NCBI GenBank assembly: GCA_030167865.1
Contig: JALAGF010005687.1
Location: 1-56,197, forward strand
Direction: 5' to 3'
DNA length: 56,197 nucleotides
Origin: Craspedostauros australis
Lineage: Eukaryota
The translations under genes and the position numbers were made by a program. Of this stretch, positions 1 to 10,260 are shown one piece after another; position 1 is the first letter of the stretch, and each line of letters begins with the position of its first letter. Under the pieces are notes generated by a model. The model saw only the letters and a list, made by a program, of their open reading frames with translations. It ran no database searches and was not told the DNA's origin.

Positions 1-84
1 GTGAGTGAGTGAGTGAGTGAGTGAGTGAGTGAGTGAGTGAGTGAGTGAGTGAGTGAGTGAGTGAGTGAGTGAGTGAGTGAGTGA
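1..84. repeat. (GTGA)n tetranucleotide microsatellite, 21 copies, truncated by the window edge
   Basis: Perfect GTGA repeats from base 1 to 84. It probably lies in the intron of the minus-strand gene that opens at 285. Confidence 0.97.
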
Positions 85-285
85 ACGAGTATGAGAGAGG
101 AAGGTTGAGAGGTGAGAGTCTGCAGTACCATGAACAAATGCCGCGAATGCAACGTGAAACTGTATCAGAGTACAGCCACGAATGCCACGGCATGGTGCGG
201 CATTTCCGTAGCCCAGCATACGCAGAGCCAAGCACACGTAAAGTTCAGCATGCGATATCGCATCATCGCAAGTGAAACGTCTTAC

Positions 286-1265
286 CGAACGATCTGCGGT
301 TCTTCCCATCTACCAATGGTGTCCAAACCTAGCAACCGGGAAGCCTTGGACATGAGCTCTGGAACAGCCTTGAAATGATTGAACCAGGTCGTGCTGGTGC
401 GTTGGGACTTGGCCAAGGCATCCTTCCCGACCGTCTTGGATCGGCTTTGCAACGGAGCGTCCTTGTTCTTGCTCGCAGGTGACGTGACCATGCCAACGTA
501 TCGATCGCATTCGCTATCTGTGAAGAAATCATCCACAGCGAGCACCATGGGATCGAGATGGAGGATGCGGAACTGCGTGAACGGTGGCAACGACGACAAG
601 GATTTCAGATGGCTCTGTGATGGTGCGGTTGCCGGTAGATCCGTGGCACTATCACCGCTCGTTTGACCAGTGGCGACGGCCAATAGATCCGCAAAGTCAG
701 TATCGGCCTTGGTCGACGACGCCAGCAAGGAATCACCGTCGCCTGATGACGTGGATGCCGCGTCACCGCCAGCGGAGATCAAATTCCCGATGGACAAATC
801 CGATGCAGCCTCACCGTCGGCCGCATAGTTGAAATCGGCAAATCCATAAATCTGCTCGAGCCGATCGTAGACTTCGTTGGGCAACCCACCCGCCTCGGCG
901 GCCCAATCCAACGGCGACGACGCGATGGTGTCGCTGACGGACTTTTCCAATGCCGGGAATGCCTTGTAGTCGCTGTTAGGTGCCTCACTCGCGGTTGCGG
1001 TGCTGGCGCCAAATCCACCGGCCGATGCTGTCGTTGTCGTCTTTTTCTTCTTGCTCTTTTTGTTCTTTTTCGACGCTGCATGTAGTACTGTGCTTGCTGT
1101 GCGAACGGAGGAAGTAGGGGTGGCGGTGTGACTTTGACAATACAGCGATGATAGATGCGGAATCGTCACCCATGCTTCGGCAGTCGGGAGGCGCGATGTT
1201 GCCGTTGCAATAGTAAGAACGGCAGTCACCGTGGTGGTGACATGGAGCCGGCTGTTCAAAGTCAT
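286..1265 (-). CDS. Prolyl 4-hydroxylase-like 2OG-Fe(II) oxygenase, first exon (rest lies outside the window); probable plastid-targeting presequence
   Basis: P4H-like segment LHLDPMVLAVDDFFTDSECD...SQRTSTTWF...WEEPQIVR. The exon ends at a GTAAG donor (intron starts at 285 on the minus strand). The first ATG (1265) gives a signal peptide ending AEA|W followed by a Ser/Thr-rich transit-like stretch. The HxD...H iron ligands are not in the window. Confidence 0.75.
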
Positions 1266-2134
1266 GGTCACAGTCGCGGTTTTTGTTGCTATTATTGTTG
1301 CTGTCGTTGTCGTTGGTGGCGGTGGTGGAAGTATTTCAACCAAAGATGGCTCAATCGTAGTGTGGTGAGATGGAGAGGCTGATGATGTGCACTTGATACC
1401 GTGCGCGTATCTTGTTGCGTTGCCTCTTCGATGTGTTGGCGGGAGGCATCATGGATCGAACCATCCAATCGCGACGATCGTTCCGTGATGTCACATCAAC
1501 TCGTTTCGTTGATGTTTGTGGCTGTGATTTTGGCGCCACCATCGATCACTTCGACCAATTCTTCGACGTCTGTCGGCGTACGTTTCCAAAAGTGCATTCG
1601 TGACTACCGTGGAAACGGGAATTGATGACGTAATTCGTATCTCACGATTTCGTTCCTCTTCGTGCAACGTGTTTGTGTTGGCTGCACACGTTCTGGCCAC
1701 ACAACCACCACGCAACCGAAGAGAGGGGAGAGGCATCAACAACCTCCCGTTGCAGTCTCCTGTCCCACATTGGTCCGAGCAACCACATCATACCATTCGC
1801 ATCTTTCCTTGTCTTTGTTGATTTCTGCCATACACTTGCTCTATTCCGGTTGTATAATATTGTAGTTGCTTGGGAGAAGTGCATCCTCAAGTCTTCGGAT
1901 CGCCACTCGACAACTTCCATAACCCATCAAGACTGGCCCATCAGAGAGCATCCTCTCTGATGCAGACAAAGACGAAGCGAAAGCGAAGCACTCGAGAAGG
2001 CAACCACTCTGCACCCCTCTTCCCTGAGAGAATAGCCGTGGCATAGGGCATAGCGCAACAATCAACCCGTCAGCATGGAAGGCAGACGTCGACAACGCGC
2101 ACAGAAGAAGCAGCAACAGCAACAACGACGGAAC

Positions 2135-2812
2135 ATGCTGCGCCCGATGACCATCGCATCGGTCTTTCTAGCATCCATCGTGGCATCCGCAGATGCTGCA
2201 TTTCTGCAGAACAGTGTCCCTGCTTCTCAACGACGGTCCTTGTTCAGCACTCAGACACTCCATTCTACGAACAACAGCAGCGACAACCTGCCCGAGTACG
2301 ATGTCGAGGTCACGTACGAGGAACGCAGCACGAATGTGCGCGTGCAGGCTGGCGAAAGCATCCTCGATGCCATGGAACGCACCGGCGCCGCGCGTCAGCT
2401 GGCCTTGCCGGATCTGCCCTTCGATTGTCGCCGCGGCAACTGCCTCACGTGCACGGGACGGCATCAGGAGGACAGCCAGCAGTCGGCCATCGAGCGGCAG
2501 GAGGATGGTTTGTCACCCTACGTCTCGAAGCAGGTCGAACGCAAAGGCTACATTCTGACGTGCTCCAGCCATGTCGTGGGGGATGGACTCAAGTTGGTGC
2601 TGGGTGAGAATGACGGTGCGTGGCATGCCATGTACAAGGAGCGCATGGAGAATGAGTCAGCGAGGTACACCGGCAGGAAGGCCATGGCAAGGATGATACG
2701 ACGCAGCAATGAGAAGGACGTTCCAGGATGGACCAAGGAGACCACGGTGGCCCTTGATAAGAGCGAAGCCGTCACCACGACCTTTGCAGGCGAACCGCCA
2801 GAAGAGTTGTAG
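2135..2812 (+). CDS. Plastid-targeted 2Fe-2S ferredoxin-like protein with C-terminal extension
   Basis: Signal peptide ...ASADA|AF, then GESILDAME...LPFDCRRGNCLTC...GYILTC (CX4CX2C...C plant-type ferredoxin ligands). About 60-70 residues follow the ferredoxin domain. Confidence 0.88.
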   Translation: MLRPMTIASVFLASIVASADAAFLQNSVPASQRRSLFSTQTLHSTNNSSDNLPEYDVEVTYEERSTNVRVQAGESILDAMERTGAARQLALPDLPFDCRRGNCLTCTGRHQEDSQQSAIERQEDGLSPYVSKQVERKGYILTCSSHVVGDGLKLVLGENDGAWHAMYKERMENESARYTGRKAMARMIRRSNEKDVPGWTKETTVALDKSEAVTTTFAGEPPEEL

Positions 2813-3147
2813 TGGGGAAACACGAGGGACATGAGATCATTGGAATCCATTTTGTTGGGCATGGATACCACACACACACGAATACGGATGCATACTCTCA
2901 GAACATGCAAAGCCGTCCAGAATCTATTCCCACTGCACATTGCACATCACAGTTGTATAATACCATGCATCATTCACTCGATTGAATGATGTGTTCACAT
3001 CCACCATACATACATACGCACGACCACACACAATTGATGTACTCGTCAGTATAGAATAACCATTTATGATACTATTCGTGTATGCGATGTCTATTCTTTC
3101 ATCCCTGCGTGCTTGACACGCTCCGGACGCCTGCGAATACCTGTGTA

Positions 3148-6100
3148 CTAAATGATCGGATGCGGATCGACGGGATCGAAGTGATTGATGGTCGCGTTGG
3201 GAAATCTTCTCCACAGGAGCGTCTTGAGTCTCGCACCCACCTTGCTCTCCGCGATCTGCTTTTGTCGTTCAGTCAGACGAAAGTACGGAACCCCTGCATC
3301 AGCGTGAACCTTAGGCTTAGCGTCGGCCATTTGGTTGTCATCTGTGCCGTTGAAAGAGAACCGCCACATGTGAAGCTCCTTGGGATAGAACTTCATATCG
3401 TCGAGGTTTACGTGGCATGCGTCAATCTCCGCCTTGCGGATGGGCGCCTGCAGCTGCTTGCCGGCCTCGTATTCCCGTTTGCTTCGTTCTCGAACGCTGC
3501 TGCTGAGACGGCTTGCTTCGGTGGATGACAACGACACGATCCTCTGTGCCTTCTGCGGTCGCCCGAGCGACTGGAATGGATTCTCCGTCATCTTCGGCAC
3601 CTTCCAATCGTCTCGCGGCATGGTCAGCCGCAGAGAGGTGCGCTTGCGCTCCTTCCCGTACCACGGATTCCAGTGCAACATATCCAGGATCTCCCCTGCC
3701 TTGTCCACGTGGCCGATACTGTCCCAGCAATCCTTGCGCACTTCGCCGTCCACCCAGACGTTCGTGTAAGAAGTGTCGCCGACCAGCACCCAGACTGGGT
3801 ACACTGGTCGGATCAGGCGGTAGTCGAGTTCGTCGCCGTTGGTCAAGATACCAAACCCGAGGTTCTCTGTGGACCAGCCTTCCCACGATGTGTGGATCTC
3901 GCCCGTGAGAATGAGGCTAATGAGCTCCACCGAAATGCAGCTGGTGCCCGGAGGTGTCATATCCAGGAGGTTGGCGAGGTTGTTGCGGATGTTCAGCGGA
4001 ATGGGCTTCTCGTCGATCTTCTTGAGGTGCCGTTCGCAGCACGTGCAGGAGATCAAGGGTCGCGTGATCGCAACATCGGCCGCCTCTGGTGGAATATCCT
4101 CACCAGTCACTGATACTGGTGTGTTCTTGGAATCATTCCTGACGACGTTGGCAGATGGCTTGCTCGTGTCATCCTGCTGTGCCTGATTGACAGGTTCATC
4201 AGCAGCTGGCATGTCCACATCTGTATCTGCCGTGACTTGATTTTGAGCAGGATCTGCTTGCGCTCGTGCCAGCATGCGCTTCACGGCCTTGTTGCCATGA
4301 ATGCCAATGATGACCTCGAGGAACAAGGCGACGCCTCCGCGGGCCATGAACTTGCGAATGGAGCTCTTGACGAAGATGTAGATGTCGTCGATGTGGCTGC
4401 AGGACGTGAGAATCTTGTTGATGTTGTGCGTGTTTGCATGATTTCCGTTCGAAGTCACGGTCGTTGCTCCCGGATCTTCGAGCCAGGCGCAGGTGCGGAA
4501 GAGGTTCAACCTGCTCTTCAGGACCTGCATCCTCTGCTGCTCCTCGCGATCCACGCCTCCTTTCGCTGTGCGGCGGCTGCGACGCTCGTACTTTTCAAAC
4601 GCGGCCGTCTTGCGTCGCAGTGAGGTCTTGACAGCCACGTGGATGAGAGCTGAGAGTGCATCTGTGAGTCTACGTTCAAAGTCCCGTCGCTTATCGTCGC
4701 GAGACAGCTCTGAGAACTTGGCTTGGGCCTTGGTGCTGTCAACGACATTGCCCTGAATGGACACACCTGCGTACATCATGGCCGTGACGATGGAAAGGAT
4801 GGCGGTGACAGAACGGCAATGGAAGGGATCGGGGATCGGCGATCGGCCGTTCCATCCTTCGCGCTGATCACGCATGGAGATGATGTGTTCCAGCTCCGCA
4901 ATCGTTGGCGCCCGCGCCATGAGGCCGGTGCTGCACGTTGATGGTGTGAAACCTGCATGGTACCACGCAGCAGGCAGATTGGAACATACGGTGTTCTGCT
5001 TGTCGTCTTCGTTGTTGTCGTCATTGTTGTCGTCGGCGTTGTTGCTGCTGTCGTTGTTGTTATCACCGTCGTTGGCATTGTCGTTGTCAGCGTTGTCGTT
5101 GTCGTTGTCAGCATCCATGTTGTCGTTGTCATTCTCATTGACGTCGTTGACATCCTGATTGCTTTCGTCACGTGGCTTAACTTCCCCCCAGAGCACATCG
5201 CAAGGCACACGAAGTCCGGGTCCGCCTTCATCATCCGCCCAACCCGTGTCTTCGAGGTAGTAATCGCCCACGCTGCTGTCGTCATCCACCGTGACGGGAT
5301 CATCCGCGCGTGCGATGCGCGTTGCATCGTTGCGGTCAGGGCGAGCGGACATCTCCCCAAAGCTGCGGCGGTTTGTTTTAGGTTCGGTCTGCTCGCGTTT
5401 GGCGATCATGGTGGCCGCATTCTTCATCAACCTGCGCACGAGGTCATGATGGTCCGCACGCGCAATCCGATCCCCATCTCGATTGCGTTCGTCGTCGGCC
5501 TGTCTGCGGGCTCTGGGAATGTCGCGAGAAGAAGAGCGCAGACCGCTCTGTGCATGAGTCCTTGTGCGAGCCGAGCGGCTTCTGGACGCAGCCCGCGCAT
5601 CGCTGGAATCTCGCGATCTGCGTCTCGATCTTGCGTTTCTGCGACGGCTCGTGGGCGCCGCTTCATCGTCTGATACGGAGACCAAGACGCTGAGAGCACG
5701 TTGCTGATCATGATTGGCAGCGTCTGCTTCCGGAGCAGCTGCAGCTGCCTCTGGGTTTGCATTGGCATTGGCATTGGCGTTGGCATTGGGTTGTTCGGCA
5801 CCGCCATCATCATCCTCATCATTGGCGTTGTTGTCGTCATCGTCGTTGTCATCGTCATCATCATCGTCGTCGTTGTTGGCCCGAGCAGCAGCCGCTGCAG
5901 CTTGTGGAACCTTGCTCTCGGATGCATCGGCATTATTGGACAATGGCGCATCCACATCCATGTGATCCTCGTTGTGTTGGTTGGGCGCATTGGCCACGGC
6001 CTTGCGTAGCATGGAGCGAGCCGCATCCGGATCCGACTTTTGTTTGGCATCGTTTGGCAAGGCCGCATCCGGTTGTTCGTCCCTCTTGGGATCGCCTCTG

Positions 6101-6615
6101 GGTTTCTCCGACCGCGCAGCATCACCCGCAAAATCGGACGGATGAAAGAACATGCCCGGTTGCTGCTGTTGTTTGGACACGGCGATCTGCACCGCGGCGC
6201 TCGCGAAGTAATCATCCCAGTACAACTGCGCCGCCATGTTGATGTTGCCGGCCGTCGCCTCGAGGAGACGCTGCGCCTTCTGCACGTCGACTTCGTGCTC
6301 CGCGTGCATGGGTCGCACGTACTGCAGCAGCTGTCTTAGGTTGTCGCTGGCTGGTGCGTTGTCACGGCGTTTCTTGCGGGAGCTCTTCGTGCGTGGCCGC
6401 TTTGTGGGTTGCACCACGTTGGGATGGCTTCGCTCGTCTGCTTGCGGGGCTCTTGCGTGGGGTTCTGCTGGTGCCTCTGCCAACAGAGCGTCCAGTTCGA
6501 GCATTGCCTGGTCTTGTTCTCTTTGTCTGCGCTGTTGTTGCTGTTGCTGCTGCTGTTGGTCTCCGTTCGGGGCACCATCTTCCCCGGACTCCGGCTCTTC
6601 GTTGGACTTTGCCAT
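3148..6615 (-). CDS. 1155-aa protein with an N-terminal UBA-like domain, acidic/Asn-rich linker and C-terminal MINDY-3/4 (DUF4205)-like deubiquitinase fold, probably inactive
   Basis: Long intact ORF. UBA-like AQRLLEATAGNINMAAQLYW. MINDY3/4-like blocks: AWYHAGF..GL, TAILSIVTA, CISVELISLILTG, GFGILT, LIRPVYPVWVL and terminal LLWRRFPNATI. Confidence 0.7.
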   Translation of the reverse strand: MAKSNEEPESGEDGAPNGDQQQQQQQQQRRQREQDQAMLELDALLAEAPAEPHARAPQADERSHPNVVQPTKRPRTKSSRKKRRDNAPASDNLRQLLQYVRPMHAEHEVDVQKAQRLLEATAGNINMAAQLYWDDYFASAAVQIAVSKQQQQPGMFFHPSDFAGDAARSEKPRGDPKRDEQPDAALPNDAKQKSDPDAARSMLRKAVANAPNQHNEDHMDVDAPLSNNADASESKVPQAAAAAARANNDDDDDDDDNDDDDNNANDEDDDGGAEQPNANANANANANPEAAAAAPEADAANHDQQRALSVLVSVSDDEAAPTSRRRNARSRRRSRDSSDARAASRSRSARTRTHAQSGLRSSSRDIPRARRQADDERNRDGDRIARADHHDLVRRLMKNAATMIAKREQTEPKTNRRSFGEMSARPDRNDATRIARADDPVTVDDDSSVGDYYLEDTGWADDEGGPGLRVPCDVLWGEVKPRDESNQDVNDVNENDNDNMDADNDNDNADNDNANDGDNNNDSSNNADDNNDDNNEDDKQNTVCSNLPAAWYHAGFTPSTCSTGLMARAPTIAELEHIISMRDQREGWNGRSPIPDPFHCRSVTAILSIVTAMMYAGVSIQGNVVDSTKAQAKFSELSRDDKRRDFERRLTDALSALIHVAVKTSLRRKTAAFEKYERRSRRTAKGGVDREEQQRMQVLKSRLNLFRTCAWLEDPGATTVTSNGNHANTHNINKILTSCSHIDDIYIFVKSSIRKFMARGGVALFLEVIIGIHGNKAVKRMLARAQADPAQNQVTADTDVDMPAADEPVNQAQQDDTSKPSANVVRNDSKNTPVSVTGEDIPPEAADVAITRPLISCTCCERHLKKIDEKPIPLNIRNNLANLLDMTPPGTSCISVELISLILTGEIHTSWEGWSTENLGFGILTNGDELDYRLIRPVYPVWVLVGDTSYTNVWVDGEVRKDCWDSIGHVDKAGEILDMLHWNPWYGKERKRTSLRLTMPRDDWKVPKMTENPFQSLGRPQKAQRIVSLSSTEASRLSSSVRERSKREYEAGKQLQAPIRKAEIDACHVNLDDMKFYPKELHMWRFSFNGTDDNQMADAKPKVHADAGVPYFRLTERQKQIAESKVGARLKTLLWRRFPNATINHFDPVDPHPII

Positions 6616-6917
6616 CTTGATGGTATGTACGACTATTCGTAAGTATCCTATTATATATTATACCATATACTATATGAGTACTAGTATTATATAATATGGA
6701 CAAGTATTCTACAAGATAAGTACAAGGATGGGACAGTAGCAGTAGCAGTCGTAGCGACAGTGGTGGTGGCAGTAGCAGTAGTCAAGGGGAAGCACCTTTC
6801 TGACAAGAGTGTTGGATGGTGTGCTTGTCCTGGTGATGAGATGAGATGACCAAAGTGTTATTGGTGTCCTTGATGCCCTTGGATGAGGCCAGTTCTTGTG
6901 AATAGCGCGACGAGCAG

Positions 6918-6997
6918 AGAGAGAGAGAGAGAGAGACTGTGGTTGTGGTTGTGGTTGTGGTTGTGGTTGTGGTTGTGGTTGTGGTTGTGGTTGTGGT
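6918..6997. repeat. (GA)n followed by a (GGTTGT)n hexamer microsatellite (~10 copies)
   Basis: Directly visible tandem repeats in the intergenic region. Confidence 0.92.
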
Positions 6998-7602
6998 ATG
7001 AGCCTTGGCTTCTCCTGTTGCCGTCTTTGGCTTCATGAGGAGTTCCTGTCTCTATCTTTCCTCTTGCTCTGTCTTTGCGTCTGTCTTTGCACGTCGTGTG
7101 TTGTGCTTGTCATTCTGGCGGGAGTTTTTGAATTGCGCAGTGCTATTCGAAGTGATCGAATCGTAATACGATCAAGGACTCGAAGTAATCACGAGGTATC
7201 CTTCGTGTCTTTGAATCGTGGACTCGCCCACACGATCTGATTTGTGTCGCAATGTCCACGCGGGTTTGCGCTTCGGCGATGGATGGATGAAGATTGGCAG
7301 CAGAGAGGATCGTGGACGTTGATGGTGCCACCGCACTCCAAACAAAGAGAGCAGCCACATGCAAGGAGCAGTCACGTGGGCAGTGGCGAGTTCACTTTGG
7401 CGATGCATGTCATCGCAAGTCATTGCATGATGTGATGTGATGTGTCTGTCGCTTTACGTTTGCGCAGCGTTTGTGCATTGCATTGCGTTTGTGCATGCTC
7501 ACGATTTGCAGCTCCTGCTCATCTCCTCACAAAATCACACACTCTGATCACAACAACAACAGACAGACAACAGACAACAACAGACAACAAACAACAATCA
7601 CG

Positions 7603-8169
7603 ATGAAGATCAACACCAAACAATGCACCACCGTCGCCCCCAACGCCATGCTCAAGATTCACCCCAACAAGCACATCCCGGATAACAAGCACGACCAACA
7701 TGCCAACGGCCGCTGCGTCAAGTACGTGCCCACCTTGCTGGTGTCGCCCGTCCTCGTGTCATCGCGCACGCCCGATACGGCACCCCTCACGTCGGCCACC
7801 AAATCCGCGCGGTTCTGCGATCCCGATGAGCTGGAGGCCTTGAACAAGCGGTTGGAAGGGCTCTTCGTGGATGATGATGAGGCGCAAGCGGATGGAGCGC
7901 AAGCAGAGTACGAGAGCGTCTGTTCGGATGAGGCGGACGCCGATGAAGACGACGTCCTCTACTACGACGAGGACGATGACGATCTCATTGCCGATCACGT
8001 GCTCGACAAGAACTTCTACGAATTCGATCTGGACGAAGAGGTGAAGTTGGACTCTGCCAAGGGCAAGACGATGGGACGATGCACAAAGACCGCGTTCTCC
8101 TACAAGCGCAACAAAGAGATCAAGGTACGACGCAGCACGCGGTTGGCCACGCGCAATCAGCAGGTGTAG
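7603..8169 (+). CDS. Small hypothetical protein with an acidic core and basic C-terminal RRSTRL motif
   Basis: ATG after a CA-rich leader, coding-like GC3 bias, D/E-rich middle, C-terminus KRNKEIKVRRSTRLATR. No family recognised. Confidence 0.7.
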   Translation: MKINTKQCTTVAPNAMLKIHPNKHIPDNKHDQHANGRCVKYVPTLLVSPVLVSSRTPDTAPLTSATKSARFCDPDELEALNKRLEGLFVDDDEAQADGAQAEYESVCSDEADADEDDVLYYDEDDDDLIADHVLDKNFYEFDLDEEVKLDSAKGKTMGRCTKTAFSYKRNKEIKVRRSTRLATRNQQV

Positions 8170-8677
8170 GCAGATGTAGGCAGATGGACAGACAGATGCA
8201 CAGACTGATGGACGGGTGCAGGGGAGGATGGACAAGTTGATTGATTGATTGATTGAAAACAGGCGGCGAGACAGAACACGGGCGGTGGGGGAATGGCGTT
8301 TTGCATAGCAAGGAAGCTGCTGCAAGCAGGAAGGATCGTACACGAACGTACGAATAACATTGACACTAACGATAATGACCACTCTATGAGGAGTGGAACA
8401 TGAAAACTAGGAAAACAGAACACAAGTATAACGACTGCATGATATTTCCCCTAGTCGCATGAGAGTACATTGAAGTGATTTGAGACAGTACCACCGAAGC
8501 ATTTGGATCTGTATCTGTATCGTAGACTAAGTAAATGCTTCTGCGATTGCTGTTGCGATTGGATGCGTGTTACGCTACTATTACTGCTGTTGCTAATGCA
8601 TAGGGGGCATCCTCATTCGATTGGTATATAGCGATTGCTTGCTCGAAGAAATGCTTCTTTGCTTGATTGGGACGGTG

Positions 8678-9394
8678 TCATAGCTCCACCTTGACGCGCT
8701 TGGAGGTCCGCCGCTGCGTCTGGCCATCTGCCATTGCCGCCTTCCCCGCTTGCGCATCAGCGCCATTAAGATTGCCTCCACTTTTCACCGCTTCCGACTC
8801 CACAACATCATCATCATCATCATTGCCATTGTCATTGGACTCCATCACAACATCACCCTGGTCTTGTTCCGGCGCATACGACGCAATGAACTCCAAGAGC
8901 TGTTCCTGCCGCGTCTCCGACATACGATTCTGCAGTTCCTCGATCATGAGATGAATATCCACGGGCTGGCGCGGCAGGAAGTTGATGATCTGTATGGATT
9001 CCGCCTCCGTGAGATTGAAGCCGTTGGATTCGGCGGCATCCGCGGAATCGGATTGCTTTGCAGATGTCTCCGCCGTTGATGATGATGATGATGGCGCTGC
9101 CGATGATGACTTTGCCGATGACGACTTGGGCCCTCGCTTCATGAGGACCCGCTTCATCTCCTTGTGCTTGTGCATGTCCAATCCCGCACAGGGCGTCTTT
9201 CGCAAATAGTCGCAGACACTCTGCTCGATCCAATCGCGATGCATGTACTTGGTGCTCTGGTTCCGCCGCCTCCGGTTGGAATTGCGCCGCGCCTCCTCCT
9301 TGCCGCGATCCTCAATGCGCTTGGACAGCAGCTCGAGCAGCTCGACGTTGGACAGCAGCACGGGGCTGGCGTTGAGCTTCGTCAGCTGTTCCAT
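8678..9394 (-). CDS. RPC9: RNA polymerase III subunit RPC9 / C17 (Rpb4 family, CGRP-RCP homologue)
   Basis: LLSNVELLELL at the N-terminus, VCDYLRKTP, and FNLTEAESIQIINFLPRQPVDIHLMIEELQNRMSE, all typical of C17/CRCP. Confidence 0.85.
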   Translation of the reverse strand: MEQLTKLNASPVLLSNVELLELLSKRIEDRGKEEARRNSNRRRRNQSTKYMHRDWIEQSVCDYLRKTPCAGLDMHKHKEMKRVLMKRGPKSSSAKSSSAAPSSSSSTAETSAKQSDSADAAESNGFNLTEAESIQIINFLPRQPVDIHLMIEELQNRMSETRQEQLLEFIASYAPEQDQGDVVMESNDNGNDDDDDVVESEAVKSGGNLNGADAQAGKAAMADGQTQRRTSKRVKVEL

Positions 9395-10260
9395 GGGTGC
9401 GTATTCGAGCTGATGATATCGGCCGTGCGGTCATGAGATTCTGCGAAGACCTTTGCTTGCGCTTTTTGTCTCACTTTCTCTCACTTTGCCTGACTTTGCC
9501 TGAGTATTTGATTGATCGTGCTCCTCAGACGCAAGGGACGCAATGGAGCTATTGCAGGAAGCGAGGCTGTGCGCTCCTGCTCTCGATTGCCTCTCAAGAG
9601 TGAGTGGACGCCCTTGAGGTTCCTGTCACAACAGCCGTCTTCACCAACAAACGACCGGATCTCGCCAGTTCCTTCCTCTTGCTCTTCGATTCCTTCCTCC
9701 ACGCCACCTGAAGTCCTGCGTTGCTCTGTCCGTCCGATTGGCTAGTGCCCAATGAATGCCTTGGTGGATTGGTTGGTCGACAGAAGTGTGGCCAATGGGA
9801 TGCCATTGCAGGGTTGCTTTGCCTGCTCGCATTCCTTGCCTTGCTTCGCTTGATTGCCATGTCTTGCCTGTTGGTGGGCTTTTTGATGGGTTTCACACAC
9901 AAATTCTGGTGATGCGGTTGACCTGCAGACGGAATATGAAAGTTAGGGTGAAATACAAATTGAATTTTGTTGTTGTCAGGAGTAGCGCATCTTGGTAATA
10001 CCAATACCGTTTGTAGCTGTAAAATACGGTATTGAAATGTGCTTTCATTCGTGTCGAATATGCCGTCGAATATTCACAAAGAGCTGACAACACAGAATCC
10101 AAAATCTTTCGCTTCGTTGATGGCTCCATTGTTCCTGTCAACTTGTGTTGTCGGAGGAGCAAGGGAGAGTGGAAACAAAGTGAAGCGCAGGACAGCAATC
10201 ACTGCGTGATATACAAGTATTATAGAATACGATATATTGTACAGAACAACAGAAGACACG

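Noticed and set aside
1683..1692. Iron-responsive ACACGTG-like palindrome in the P4H/ferredoxin promoter
   Set aside because: The sequence is CACACGTT, a single imperfect match, which is not enough evidence.
6939..6997. (GGTTGT)n as an interstitial telomere, or the poly-Thr ORF 6782-7036 as a gene
   Set aside because: It does not match TTAGGG-type telomeric repeats, and the ORF is just the translated microsatellite.
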